From a virus: a stretch of DNA of 64,000 nt. The notes below the pieces were generated by a model. It was not told the origin of the DNA. It searched no databases and worked only from the letters and a program-made list of their open reading frames with translations. The translations under genes and the position numbers were made by a program. The stretch lies in IMG/VR virus record IMGVR_UViG_3300025570_000007; one strand, given 5' to 3'. Below are positions 18,944-28,798 of the stretch, one piece after another (position 1 is the first letter of the stretch; every line of letters begins with the position of its first letter).

Positions 18944-18950
18944 ATAAATA
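18944..18950 (-). promoter_or_regulatory. Putative late promoter TATTTAT adjoining an 8-bp inverted repeat (18921..18944)
   Basis: TATAAGTA/TACTTATA inverted repeat; 43 nt upstream of the ATG. Confidence 0.6.
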
Positions 18951-18954
18951 GTAT

Positions 18955-20895
18955 TTAATTATCTAAATCTATAATTAGGTCTTCGTTCAGTAGCTCGTCC
19001 TTCTCTTCTATAGGTTCTTCAAAGATAAGTTTTTTCTTTTCTGTGAACATTTCTTTGTTCTGTAAAAAAACTTGCTTTGCAATAGTTCCTACTCTAGCTG
19101 GTGATTTACTACTTTCTTGAACGTTTTCATTATCTGAGGGGTATCCTCCTTTCATACCGTGTCGTCCTAATGGATCTCTTCCTCCCATTCCGTCGTTTGT
19201 TCCGTAATGTGATGCATGTGTTCTTGGTGCTCCACCTTCTGGTCCAGGTTCCCCTACTTGATGAGGTCCTGTTGGGTTTGGATGATCTTCATACCCTGCT
19301 GGTACTTCTCCGAAAGAGACTCCCTTATCTCCTTCAAAAGCTCTTCTACCGTATAGTGTTGCTAGATCGTGAGGTGTTCCGTATGATTTTCCTGATTTAG
19401 ATGGATCGTTACCTTCGTTCTCTATTTGAGCTAATCTAAATAATCGTTTGTGATCTTCAGCAATTAGGTCTCTCATCTCTATGTATTGATCCTCTGATAA
19501 GTTAAATATATTGTCGTAGATAAAGTCAGTTGAGAATAATTTAGAGTCTCTCATTTGATTTGCTAAATCGACTTTTTCTTTCAGTAATGCTACCTTCTCT
19601 TGTTCAAAGATAATTGAAGGATTTGTAAGTTTAATTTCGAAGTTAGTTAGAGCTGCTCCTTTAAACCCTTGTGCGTATAAATGTACTAGTGCTATCTTGG
19701 TTAACTCTGATTCTAATATTCTCTGTACTCTCTCTACAGTGTGAGCAAACCTAACATCTTCTGCTGCTATAGTAGCTTTACCCGATAAGTCTTCTTCATA
19801 TCCGAAATAAGCTTTTGGTATTTTAAGTGCTGCGAATAGTTTAGCTCTGAGGTATTCTATATCGTTTGTACCGTCGTATTGTAGACCTGGTGTAGTTTCA
19901 ATTCTTGTTGATTGATCTCCTCCTCTTATTGGAAGGTAAAAATCTTCCATCATGTTCATCATGTTGAAACGTAAGTTGTAATCCCCTGTCTGTGGATCAA
20001 CGTACGGTGTTTTCTTCATGGTATTAATAGTCTTCTGCATGAACTGCTCTACCTCTTGAGGTGGAATCTGTCCTACGTTAACATAGAAGGTTCTCTTCTC
20101 AGGAGCTCTCATTATACGATGTATTAGCATCGCATCTTCCATTAAGGTTAGCTGTTTATATATCTTTCTACCTGGTTCTATGTAAGCTCGTCCGTACGGT
20201 AAGTAACTTGTATCTGCTATTAACCTAAAGTGAGCTACTTCGTAATTATCAAACTCTAATATTTTTGAATTGTCTCTGCGATGTACTGTAGGATCTTGTG
20301 ATGCTGCAATTCCGTCAGGGTCTAACTGGAATGTTACCTTGGTTGGGTTTTCAGGGTCAAGACCTTCTGTCCTTGTCATATGGTACACCGTATAAGGTAG
20401 TACGTTAAATACTCCAAACTCTTCTGCAATCTCTAATTTTAAGAAAAAGTCACCGTATTTACACATATTCCTTGTCCAAGACCATAGGTTAAATTCTATG
20501 TTAAGTACGTCGTAAAATAGATTGTAAAGTACTCTCTGCAGGTTTTCATCAGAAGATTTAATAGAGAGTACTTCTCCCATATCATTCTTTAGAGTCGCTT
20601 CATCCGCTATAATATCTAATGCTGACATTATAATTGCATCTGAGTCCATTGCTTCATAATCTGCGTATAGTTGGATACGGAGTGTTTGGTAATTTAAATT
20701 AGGGTTAAATATATTTTTATTGTTGTAAATATATAATCTCGAGAACCTGTCAACAAGTGAGTTTGTCTGGTATTTCCCTGTTTTCTGTATTTGATTTACA
20801 TCAACTACTTTTAACTGGTCGCCGCCAACATTTCTTATTACTACATCAGAAGAAAACAATCTTCCTAGTCTCTTAAATAGTGAAGTATCTGCCAT
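18955..20895 (-). CDS. gp20: Portal vertex protein, T4 gp20-like
   Basis: LMEDAMLIHRIMRAPEKRTFYVNVG, MMEDFYLP.RGG, AEDVRF motifs. Confidence 0.95.
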   Translation of the reverse strand: MADTSLFKRLGRLFSSDVVIRNVGGDQLKVVDVNQIQKTGKYQTNSLVDRFSRLYIYNNKNIFNPNLNYQTLRIQLYADYEAMDSDAIIMSALDIIADEATLKNDMGEVLSIKSSDENLQRVLYNLFYDVLNIEFNLWSWTRNMCKYGDFFLKLEIAEEFGVFNVLPYTVYHMTRTEGLDPENPTKVTFQLDPDGIAASQDPTVHRRDNSKILEFDNYEVAHFRLIADTSYLPYGRAYIEPGRKIYKQLTLMEDAMLIHRIMRAPEKRTFYVNVGQIPPQEVEQFMQKTINTMKKTPYVDPQTGDYNLRFNMMNMMEDFYLPIRGGDQSTRIETTPGLQYDGTNDIEYLRAKLFAALKIPKAYFGYEEDLSGKATIAAEDVRFAHTVERVQRILESELTKIALVHLYAQGFKGAALTNFEIKLTNPSIIFEQEKVALLKEKVDLANQMRDSKLFSTDFIYDNIFNLSEDQYIEMRDLIAEDHKRLFRLAQIENEGNDPSKSGKSYGTPHDLATLYGRRAFEGDKGVSFGEVPAGYEDHPNPTGPHQVGEPGPEGGAPRTHASHYGTNDGMGGRDPLGRHGMKGGYPSDNENVQESSKSPARVGTIAKQVFLQNKEMFTEKKKLIFEEPIEEKDELLNEDLIIDLDN

Positions 20896-20910
20896 TAATA
20901 TGGTTTAGTT

Positions 20911-20917
20911 ATAAATA
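20911..20917 (-). promoter_or_regulatory. Putative late promoter TATTTAT
   Basis: 16 nt upstream of the portal ATG. Confidence 0.65.
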
Positions 20918-20921
20918 TGTG

Positions 20922-22496
20922 TTATTTAAAGATCCATGAGATATCCTCGCTCCCATGAGTCGTTTGAATAATATAAGGATTATTTTGCTGGCTGCCAACG
21001 GAAGATATGATTGCTTTGTTGTTGGCATTTAAATTTGTGAAAGATGATAACTGTGCTCTAGACAGGTCTAACCCTTGTTGACGGAGTCTTAATGCAGTAT
21101 CACGTACATACAGGGCTGTTGCAAAGGCCATCAATAAGTCATCGTTATAATTCGTCTGTGCTTGTGCTTTACCGTTCTTCCATACAAATACTCTCATTTC
21201 TCCGAGTAGTCGTTTTGACTGTATTGTTACACTTTTTTCACGTACGTACTCCATCATTTTAGCAATCACTAATGGACGGGTTCTCATCGACATTGTAAAG
21301 CCCGGTACTAGTTGATCTCTTTCGTACTTTATCATATACGATTCAACTGTGTCTAACTGGTTCTTAGGACTGTAGTATAGATTCTTGTATTCCCGTTCAA
21401 GTACCTGTTCGATTGTAGACCATCCTATATTTGCATTCTCTATGACAAGTAGTGCATCATTATAATCAGATGCTACACCTACTAGTATGTTTCCTAACTG
21501 TTTCGGGGATACCTTGCCTTTATATTCCCCTACTTGTACACAAGCTTCTATGTCAAAAATATGGAATCCTGAGTAATCTTTAGAGTCCCCTCTTGATACA
21601 TCTGCTACAACCATATACGATTTTGTATAGTCTGGCTGTTCCCATATCCATAAGTTATGGTCTACTCCTCTTTTCTCTACTGGGTCTGTTTGGTAGGTTT
21701 GTTCGTAGAAAGACAGGTCTTCCGGTTCAAATACAGTATCACCCGAAGCTAAGAAATCACAGTCACATTCCTGTGCTGCCATCCTTTCCCCAAGGTCCCT
21801 GTCTTGTAAGTCTCTCCACTCTTGACTTCTTTCAGGATGTACCGTCCAAGGTAGCCTAACCGGTAAAAATGAATTTTCACCTGTTTCTGCTTTTTCCCAT
21901 GTTAAGTGAAACCAGTTACCAATTCCGTTAGGAGTTGATAGTGCCATACACTGTCCCCCTGTAGCTAACGTTTGTTGTGCAGCTGCAAATGTTTCGTCAA
22001 TGTTGTCAATAAAGGCTGCTTCATCGAGAATTAACAGTGATACCGCTTCTGAACGAGCAGCATCTGAGTTAGATGATTTGGCTTGTATTTTAGATCCGTT
22101 TTTAAGTCTAAGTGATAATTTGTTCTTCTCAACGTGAGACAGCTTTAACCATTTAGGTAGTTGGTCGTACATGAAAATCACTTTTGATACAAGGTTTCTT
22201 GCTGTTGCTTGTGTAGTTGCTAAGGCTAGTACGTTTTTATCTTTATGGAATATCATCAACCATAAACTGTAAGCAGCTGATAGTGTTGAGATACCTAGCT
22301 GTCTTGACTTAAGTGTTATGATGTATTGATGATCCTTAAATAAGTGGAGTACTTCACTTTGAAAAGGGTATAGGTTGAATAGGATTCTACCTCTCTGTGG
22401 ATGTTGTATATAACAATACTTCCTCATAAAGTAGGCAGGGTCCTTTGCACACTTGATATACTCTTGTGCAACTATCTGTTTTATGTTTTGTGCCAT
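20922..22496 (-). CDS. gp17: Terminase large subunit, gp17-like
   Basis: KSRQLGIST (Walker A), LILDEAAF (Walker B), STPNG, ADVSRG..DYS, DDLLMA nuclease motifs. Confidence 0.97.
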   Translation of the reverse strand: MAQNIKQIVAQEYIKCAKDPAYFMRKYCYIQHPQRGRILFNLYPFQSEVLHLFKDHQYIITLKSRQLGISTLSAAYSLWLMIFHKDKNVLALATTQATARNLVSKVIFMYDQLPKWLKLSHVEKNKLSLRLKNGSKIQAKSSNSDAARSEAVSLLILDEAAFIDNIDETFAAAQQTLATGGQCMALSTPNGIGNWFHLTWEKAETGENSFLPVRLPWTVHPERSQEWRDLQDRDLGERMAAQECDCDFLASGDTVFEPEDLSFYEQTYQTDPVEKRGVDHNLWIWEQPDYTKSYMVVADVSRGDSKDYSGFHIFDIEACVQVGEYKGKVSPKQLGNILVGVASDYNDALLVIENANIGWSTIEQVLEREYKNLYYSPKNQLDTVESYMIKYERDQLVPGFTMSMRTRPLVIAKMMEYVREKSVTIQSKRLLGEMRVFVWKNGKAQAQTNYNDDLLMAFATALYVRDTALRLRQQGLDLSRAQLSSFTNLNANNKAIISSVGSQQNNPYIIQTTHGSEDISWIFK

Positions 22497-22517
22497 TTAT
22501 TATCTATAATGTATTAT

Positions 22518-22524
22518 ATAAATA
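22518..22524 (-). promoter_or_regulatory. Putative late promoter TATTTAT
   Basis: 22 nt upstream of the terminase ATG. Confidence 0.65.
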
Positions 22525-22555
22525 GCTACGGTGTATGGAAAGATATTTCTATTTT

Positions 22556-23182
22556 CTATAAAGGCTCGTCTCCTTTTTCAAAATCTACATCTTCACCGCT
22601 AAGGTCTTCAGGTTCTCCAGCTTCATCTCCTAATGGTACATCTTCTGCAGGAGGTGTTTCGTCAAATGCATCTTCTCCAGGTGCACCACCTTCTCCACCA
22701 GGAAATTCTCCACCACCACCACCTCCGGCTGCAAATGGATCATCTGCTCCTCCTTCTTCTTCTGCTCCTTGAATTGGTGCTGTTTTATAAAGTATGGCTA
22801 GTTTATCTAGTGCTTGTTGAAATTCGTCTACTGTACCCAGGAAGTACTTTTTTCCTTGTATAGTTGCTTGGAAGTTTTTTCCTGACCATTTTAGTGTAAA
22901 GTCCTGATCGTTCTGAAGATTAATTCTAAATTCTGTAGGTCGGGGTGATACCCAGTCTATTGTTTTTACAAACTCTTTATAGTCTTTAGTCATTAACTTA
23001 GTTAACGACTTCTTAAGGGTTGGAAATTTTTCAAGCATAGTATCTGTAGCATCCGGTAATACGGCTTCCGTACTTGCTGTTTCGTCTCCTTTTGGGTCTT
23101 CTGGTTGTGGCTCTTCATCTTGTTCTAATAGAACTTCAATATAAGCTTCTTCCATTAATTTTATAAGGTCTCTTTTTTTCAT
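22556..23182 (-). CDS. Hypothetical protein with acidic Gly-rich tail
   Basis: MKKRDLIKLMEE...VLLE tag; central IDWVSPRPTEFRINL domain. Confidence 0.7.
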   Translation of the reverse strand: MKKRDLIKLMEEAYIEVLLEQDEEPQPEDPKGDETASTEAVLPDATDTMLEKFPTLKKSLTKLMTKDYKEFVKTIDWVSPRPTEFRINLQNDQDFTLKWSGKNFQATIQGKKYFLGTVDEFQQALDKLAILYKTAPIQGAEEEGGADDPFAAGGGGGGEFPGGEGGAPGEDAFDETPPAEDVPLGDEAGEPEDLSGEDVDFEKGDEPL

Positions 23183-23188
23183 CTTTTA

Positions 23189-24706
23189 TTAAATTAATCC
23201 GCTTAAATCTAATGATATTCCTATAGCTTTTGCAGCTTTAACTAGGATAGGTTTCATCTGCTTTCTCTTCTCCTTGCTACCGTTTTTATAGATTTCTAGC
23301 ATTCTAATGTACTTCTGTCTTGGAGTTTCCTCGTCTTCGTTCTCATACATATCTTTACCGTACTCAACTTCTCTATCTGCTCTCTCTAAATCTTCCCAAG
23401 GTTCAAATGTATCTTTTGAATCATCTTTAGGAGCATCTTTATCAGTTTTATTAGCTTTTGCTTCTCTCACGTAACTTGTTAGAATCCTCTTAGCATCGTC
23501 AATAGCATTCTCTAATTCAGTATCGTCTAACTCGCTCCAGTACTGCCTATCGTCTCCGTCTAAGTACTGTCCTGATACTTTCTCCCATTCATTTTCTATC
23601 TCTCCTCCTATATCCCATATTTTACCTTCTAGTTTACCTATCTGTTCAACATACGGATTTACAACTCTGTCTGTATTTCCTGAGCCTTGCATTGGTCCGA
23701 ATTCTTTTATAGACTTTTTAATATGAGATGATCGGTAATGGTCTTTTAGGTATTCTATTATCTCTTCTGCTGCATCAGATTCACTTACACCGTCCTCAGA
23801 TGCTCTACTCTTTATAATGTTTACAATATCATCTCCATCTCCTCTACCTTCACTAACATCTTCTGTTTCGTTTAAAGCTTGAAAATGCTTTACCATATTG
23901 TTCTTTATAACGTCTCTATGTACTATTGCTTCTCCTGAAGGTTTTACACCTACTTCTCCTATCTCTTTGTCGAAGGAAAAATCTGCTAAATGTAGCGTAT
24001 CTTGGTCGATATGAAAAGCAAAATCATCTTCAAAATCATTCTTATACTTTATAAATATTTCAAATGAATTAGGCTCTACATGATGTATCTTAGCACTATC
24101 GATTTCTTCACCAACTTCTCTTAAGGCAGTCGCTAACGCTTTTCCTACCTCTCTTGCAATTGCCTGGGTCTCTTCTACACTAAACTCTATTCCTCGTTCT
24201 TCTTTAATCTCTTCTCCATCTGCTGTCTTAATACTCTCTACATCAGAATTATCTTTTAACTTATCTAATTCTTTCTTATCTGTATATTCAGCTGGTTGAC
24301 CGTTTATAAAAGCTGTTTTTTCTCCTTCTTTTATTGTAGACTTCTCTAGAAGAGCCTTAATATCACTGTATTTTTTCATTTTTGATTCTTTAATCATAAT
24401 GTACCTATTATCTTCTGTTTTTTCTGCTTCTCCGTTGGAAATAAAACTGTTCCATACTCTCTCTGCATCTTTTGTCATTGCTTGATCTGAGTATAATCCT
24501 TTTGTTAGTTTGTCGTTTGCTGCTCTGTAGAGTTCTTTTCCTATTCCTACTCCTCTATAGTCTTTAGATACTGTAACAGAGTCAACTTGGTAAGAATCTT
24601 TAAAAGGCTTTAACCTCAGTGCTCCTACTTTCTTATCGCCTACTACCGCAATAACTACCTTCTTTCCGTTAGCTTTTATAAAACGAAAGTCTATAGTTTC
24701 TTCCAC
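23189..24706 (-). CDS. GNAT acetyltransferase domain fused to an acidic modular protein
   Basis: VDSVTVSKDYRGVGIGKELY (acetyl-CoA motif A) and AERVW; GTG start; then IKE|SKMKKYSDIKALLE. Confidence 0.7.
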   Translation of the reverse strand: MEETIDFRFIKANGKKVVIAVVGDKKVGALRLKPFKDSYQVDSVTVSKDYRGVGIGKELYRAANDKLTKGLYSDQAMTKDAERVWNSFISNGEAEKTEDNRYIMIKESKMKKYSDIKALLEKSTIKEGEKTAFINGQPAEYTDKKELDKLKDNSDVESIKTADGEEIKEERGIEFSVEETQAIAREVGKALATALREVGEEIDSAKIHHVEPNSFEIFIKYKNDFEDDFAFHIDQDTLHLADFSFDKEIGEVGVKPSGEAIVHRDVIKNNMVKHFQALNETEDVSEGRGDGDDIVNIIKSRASEDGVSESDAAEEIIEYLKDHYRSSHIKKSIKEFGPMQGSGNTDRVVNPYVEQIGKLEGKIWDIGGEIENEWEKVSGQYLDGDDRQYWSELDDTELENAIDDAKRILTSYVREAKANKTDKDAPKDDSKDTFEPWEDLERADREVEYGKDMYENEDEETPRQKYIRMLEIYKNGSKEKRKQMKPILVKAAKAIGISLDLSGLI

Positions 24707-24707
24707 C

Positions 24708-25169
24708 TTATTCTGGCTTTTTATTCCCTACAATTTCTTTATAGTCCTGCATAGTAAGAATCTCATCATGTGTACTTCCTAACCTTATTGCTCTTTCTGC
24801 TACATCGTGAAGATCCATATCTGATTTAGCGTCTTCTTTTGCGTATTCTAATAACCGTATAAATAGTGGAATATCTAATGTTACCTTATCAGCAGGATTT
24901 TCAGATTCCCCTACGAAGTTTAACTCTTCTTCAGTTTCTGCAGCTGCTACTAGGTCCATTAGGTGCCTGTCTTGAAGCAATTCGGTGTTTAGTGCCGTAA
25001 ATGCGTTCATAAAATCATCTCCTCGTCCTACATGTGCTATATAATCTCGACCATCCTCGTAGGTATTCTCTAAATACTTTGTTAGTGATTCAAGTGCGTC
25101 CATATCATACCCCAGGTAGTATGTATTGTCTTCGGTAAAAGCTTCTACAATTAGCTTACTTAGCTTCAT
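24708..25169 (-). CDS. Hypothetical protein with MKLSKLIVE tag
   Basis: C-terminal DIPLFIRLLEYAKEDA..DMDLH module; late promoter. Confidence 0.7.
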   Translation of the reverse strand: MKLSKLIVEAFTEDNTYYLGYDMDALESLTKYLENTYEDGRDYIAHVGRGDDFMNAFTALNTELLQDRHLMDLVAAAETEEELNFVGESENPADKVTLDIPLFIRLLEYAKEDAKSDMDLHDVAERAIRLGSTHDEILTMQDYKEIVGNKKPE

Positions 25170-25185
25170 ATTAATGTATTTTTAT

Positions 25186-25192
25186 ATAAATA
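25186..25192 (-). promoter_or_regulatory. Putative late promoter TATTTAT
   Basis: 17 nt upstream of ATG 25169. Confidence 0.6.
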
Positions 25193-25199
25193 GCGGTGA

Positions 25200-25775
25200 T
25201 TACTTGAAATGTTGCTTTAGGTGAGTAGTGTATTCCTTAATTCCGTCCATTATCTTCTTTTTCTCGTTTGAATTAGAATTCCAATCCTCAATATCGCCCT
25301 GTTCTGTAACAAAGGTAGATTTTGCATTCACTAAGTCTAGTGCCCAAGCTTCTATATCATTAGCAAATGCGCTCATATTTCCTTGCATCATTCTCTCCTC
25401 ATATTGCTTATATAGCCCTGCTTTTCTTAACTTAGCTTCATATCCAATAGTGCAATCAAAACAGAATCCATGTATCTTATACATTTTTTTTGCTAAATGA
25501 TGCTTCATCGAACCTTTACACTTCGGACATGTTAGCGGAATACGTAAAGCTTTTTTTGCTGCATCTAGTTTAGTAATATTCTGCTTTAATCCGTTTTTTA
25601 TTGTCCACTGTTTTCCGCCTTCTTCCCAAAAATCTCCTTCTTTATGTCTTTCTGAACTTCTTTTGTATCCTGTTTGAGATTTTGTAGCTGCAGTAAAGTC
25701 TTTATTGACTATATTACGTACTCTTTCTATATCGGATTTCTTAAATTCTTTCTTTAGTAACGATTCTTTACTCAT
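25200..25775 (-). CDS. Zn-finger (CPKC...CFDC) hypothetical protein
   Basis: Two CxxC pairs; basic. Confidence 0.7.
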   Translation of the reverse strand: MSKESLLKKEFKKSDIERVRNIVNKDFTAATKSQTGYKRSSERHKEGDFWEEGGKQWTIKNGLKQNITKLDAAKKALRIPLTCPKCKGSMKHHLAKKMYKIHGFCFDCTIGYEAKLRKAGLYKQYEERMMQGNMSAFANDIEAWALDLVNAKSTFVTEQGDIEDWNSNSNEKKKIMDGIKEYTTHLKQHFK

Positions 25776-25920
25776 TATTCAACTTTATTTTATATTCATG
25801 ATAAGCTTCAGCAAATTTTAACATCACTTTCCACTTCCTTCCAGCACTTCTTCCTCCTGTGTATATCTCTCTAGGTTGTTTTGCTGACCAGTTACGGTAG
25901 TATTCTTCAACTTCACTCAT
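25768..25920 (-). CDS. Small hypothetical protein (50 aa)
   Basis: Manual translation MSEVEEYYRNWSAKQPREIYTGGRSAGRKWKVMLKFAEAYHEYKIKLNNE; overlaps both neighbours by 8 nt. Confidence 0.6.
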   Translation of the reverse strand: MSEVEEYYRNWSAKQPREIYTGGRSAGRKWKVMLKFAEAYHEYKIKLNNE

Positions 25921-26446
25921 ATCCTAGTGCTATTAATGTTTGTATTACTTCGTCTGAATCACCGTCTTTGCATCGTATTGCTATACCTCCTGCTTCTTGC
26001 CATTCTTTAATGTTAGACTTCTTATCGTCTATTAGGATTGCATTGGGAGATGCGTATCTCTGCTTGTCTTCCGAGTATGCGAATATAACCTTAGGTGGCG
26101 GTACTATATTATCCCTAACCCAGAGATTCTTACCTAACCTAGATGTGTCGTCTCTAGAAGGAGATGTTAATAAGTCCGGTGTATATTGTGCTAAGAATGA
26201 CCACAGTTTCTTACCTTGTGGCATCCAATTCATTTTTTGCCAAAACTGTATACCTATCTCTTGATCTATTAACTTCCAGAAAATAGGGTCTCCGTAATCC
26301 TCTAAAAATTCATCAGGAGTTTTTCCTGTGAAGTGTTCGAAACGTCCTTTAAAATCTGTCAATACCCCGTCCATGTCACAGTAGATCTTATACGGCGGTA
26401 TTTCTTTAATAGGGTATGCTTCTAATAAATCTACTAATTGTCCCAT
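25913..26446 (-). CDS. HAD-superfamily 5'(3')-deoxyribonucleotidase-like phosphatase
   Basis: IYCDMDGVLTDF, LTSP, K, ILIDD motifs; likely start MGQLVDLLE. Confidence 0.85.
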   Translation of the reverse strand: MGQLVDLLEAYPIKEIPPYKIYCDMDGVLTDFKGRFEHFTGKTPDEFLEDYGDPIFWKLIDQEIGIQFWQKMNWMPQGKKLWSFLAQYTPDLLTSPSRDDTSRLGKNLWVRDNIVPPPKVIFAYSEDKQRYASPNAILIDDKKSNIKEWQEAGGIAIRCKDGDSDEVIQTLIALGYE

Positions 26447-26790
26447 AACCATTTCCAATTTTCTTCTTCTTGTGATGCTTTCTTCTCGTACGGATGATCC
26501 GTATAGGAAAGTCCCATATTTGAATACCTAACATACCAGGTAGGTGACTGGAGGTAGTGTTGGTATTCATGTATTATTGTTCTAGCTAAATCCTCTTTTG
26601 ATTCTATGTTATTACAGTATATTGTGATTTCATTACCTGTAAAGCAATACTGTCCTTTAGCTGTATCTCCTTCATAGGCTAGTTCATACTCTAAGTAAGG
26701 AGTGCATGGTTGAAATTTAGAGTATCCGTAAAAGTTACATACTTCAGTAATATACTCTTTAGCTAATCTCCTTACAGTTCTTTTATCCAT
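26434..26790 (-). CDS. HExxH zincin-like metalloprotein
   Basis: TIIHEYQHYLQ...HPYEKKA. Confidence 0.7.
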   Translation of the reverse strand: MDKRTVRRLAKEYITEVCNFYGYSKFQPCTPYLEYELAYEGDTAKGQYCFTGNEITIYCNNIESKEDLARTIIHEYQHYLQSPTWYVRYSNMGLSYTDHPYEKKASQEEENWKWLWDN

Positions 26791-27433
26791 TGCTATTTTT
26801 TACCTTATCTTCCCATGTTCTAAAAGTCATGTTTCCTTTTAGGTATGCTTCTTTTTCTATCTCTTGAAGACTTTCATCTTCATTAACATTAGAAGTGTTT
26901 ACATTACCTAACCTATCTTCCATATTTTGCATATGGTGTATCATCTCATGAGTAAATGATCTCATAACATCTTTCGGATGCCTACCTTCTACATACAGAA
27001 CTACTTCCTTCTTAACAGGATCATAGTAAGCTGTTTTACCGAAAAAGTCTGCTGATTCTACCATATCTCTTCTTATCTTAATTTCCGGAAGAGGTTGTAT
27101 TTTCATACCTAAGTCTACCATGTGTTCTAAAATAGAGCCCATAAAAGGAGTAAAGCTGTATCCAGCACTGTCACTATGTTTTGCTAACTTAACAATTATT
27201 CTATCATTATTAAGTACAACTTCATATTCCTGTCCTAGTGAGTTATAAAGCTCTTTATATACCTGTGTGAGTTTTGCTCTGTCTTCTGAAGCTATTGGTG
27301 CAGCTGGAGATATGTGTGTTCCTGCTGATCCTTCTGTTGTTCTGACCTTCTTTTCGAAGAGATGTTCATCCCTTAAGGTATTATTAACAGCTTCATGCAT
27401 GTTCTTTGTTGCTTCGTCTAGTGCTGATTTCAT
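26783..27433 (-). CDS. HExxH zincin-like metalloprotein
   Basis: TAYYDP, GRHPKDVMRSFTHEMIHHMQ, EKEAY. Confidence 0.7.
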   Translation of the reverse strand: MKSALDEATKNMHEAVNNTLRDEHLFEKKVRTTEGSAGTHISPAAPIASEDRAKLTQVYKELYNSLGQEYEVVLNNDRIIVKLAKHSDSAGYSFTPFMGSILEHMVDLGMKIQPLPEIKIRRDMVESADFFGKTAYYDPVKKEVVLYVEGRHPKDVMRSFTHEMIHHMQNMEDRLGNVNTSNVNEDESLQEIEKEAYLKGNMTFRTWEDKVKNSNG

Positions 27434-27947
27434 ATTTAATTACATTTATTACATTCTCCTTATCTTCAGTCGATAATTGACTGGGTATCCATTCACCTTT
27501 TTCGAGGTACTCTGTTTGAGTTCTTATAGCAGAAGCAGAGAGTTTATTTTCTTCATCTCCTATCCTTGGAAGCTCTACTAATTCAACTTTCAAGTATTTC
27601 TCCTTATTCCTCTTACTTTTAAAATAAGCAAACTTTTTTAATTCCTCCGGTAATGAACCTGTTATAATTTTCGAATACGTATCGTAATATGCATCTACAT
27701 AATCGTAAATATCTTTTATAGGGGATCCTTTAGAAAGTACTATGTCTGTATTAGCTGGAAGATATTTTAAATATATTTTCCATATCTCTGCTGACTGCTT
27801 AGGAGTTATAGTTATTCCCTCTCTGACTACTGATCCTATAAATATAATTAGCTTATCAGAACTGTTTCCTAACATAACTGCATTTTCGAAGTGTGCTTTG
27901 TGGGGTGGTTTAAACCCTCCTGCGTATAGTGATACTGTTGGTTTCAT
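27393..27947 (-). CDS. HIGH-type (cytidyl/adenylyl) nucleotidyltransferase-like protein
   Basis: YAGGFKPPHKAH (HxGH variant) and LSASAIR (ISSS.IR-like) motifs. Confidence 0.75.
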   Translation of the reverse strand: MKPTVSLYAGGFKPPHKAHFENAVMLGNSSDKLIIFIGSVVREGITITPKQSAEIWKIYLKYLPANTDIVLSKGSPIKDIYDYVDAYYDTYSKIITGSLPEELKKFAYFKSKRNKEKYLKVELVELPRIGDEENKLSASAIRTQTEYLEKGEWIPSQLSTEDKENVINVIKYEISTRRSNKEHA

Positions 27948-28798
27948 AGTTCTCTAACTGCTTTTAATGCTTTTTCTTTATTATGTCCTTTATCTGTCCC
28001 TATCTCTCCTGATTTTACGGATACCATACTTTCGAAGATACCTTTTACTCTATTAAATGATCTTTCTGTGGTTAGTTTTCTACTAATGTCTGTCAGTAGT
28101 TCAGCAAAACTTCCTTCTATGTTGTAATGTGTAAGTAATTTTTCGACTAATCTCCAGTCGGTTGTTGACCATATATGCTCTTTTTCAAGAGTATGAAAAT
28201 CTCTATCCAACTTTACTTTTCTTACCTCTAATCTACTAGAGCTAAGGTTAAATTCATACTCTTCATCCCATCCCATAAGTGCAGGAAATTCTTCTATCCC
28301 TAATCGTTCTGCTACTTCGTAAAAATCTTCTTCTATTAAAACTGTTTTAACTAGTCCTAATACTAACCCCTGTTTTTCTGCAGGTAAATTTAAGAAGTTG
28401 TACTTAAATAAACTCTCTTCTTCTGTTAGTGCTATTATATTATCTACCTGGATGCATTCTAAAGCTCCTCTTATTGGAAAAAGAACTGTGATTATCTCCC
28501 CTGAATTGTAATACTTTCTTCCTAGGTATTTACTGCTTCTGAAAGGTATTATAATATGTTCAGGTAAGGAGTTGGTGACTTTTAGTATTTTTTTCTTTAC
28601 TTGTTTCTTATCTGTTCCTTCAATATATACTATTATATCTAAATCTCCATAGACTATTTTCTTTCCTGCAACTACGCTTCCTGACAGTCTTGCATGTACA
28701 AATCCAGGTACTTTCTTTAAGACTGTATCTATGTATGATTGAAATGTATCTTGTACATCTCTCTTATGTATCATCGAACCTCCTGCTACTCCGCTCAT
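27944..28798 (-). CDS. Pol-beta superfamily nucleotidyltransferase
   Basis: LSGS...GDLDII and IQVD catalytic aspartates. Confidence 0.7.
   Translation of the reverse strand: MSGVAGGSMIHKRDVQDTFQSYIDTVLKKVPGFVHARLSGSVVAGKKIVYGDLDIIVYIEGTDKKQVKKKILKVTNSLPEHIIIPFRSSKYLGRKYYNSGEIITVLFPIRGALECIQVDNIIALTEEESLFKYNFLNLPAEKQGLVLGLVKTVLIEEDFYEVAERLGIEEFPALMGWDEEYEFNLSSSRLEVRKVKLDRDFHTLEKEHIWSTTDWRLVEKLLTHYNIEGSFAELLTDISRKLTTERSFNRVKGIFESMVSVKSGEIGTDKGHNKEKALKAVREL

Noticed and set aside
10657-22496. Introns or inteins in capsid, portal or terminase genes
   Set aside because: The ORFs are continuous, of normal length and lack intein or homing-endonuclease motifs.
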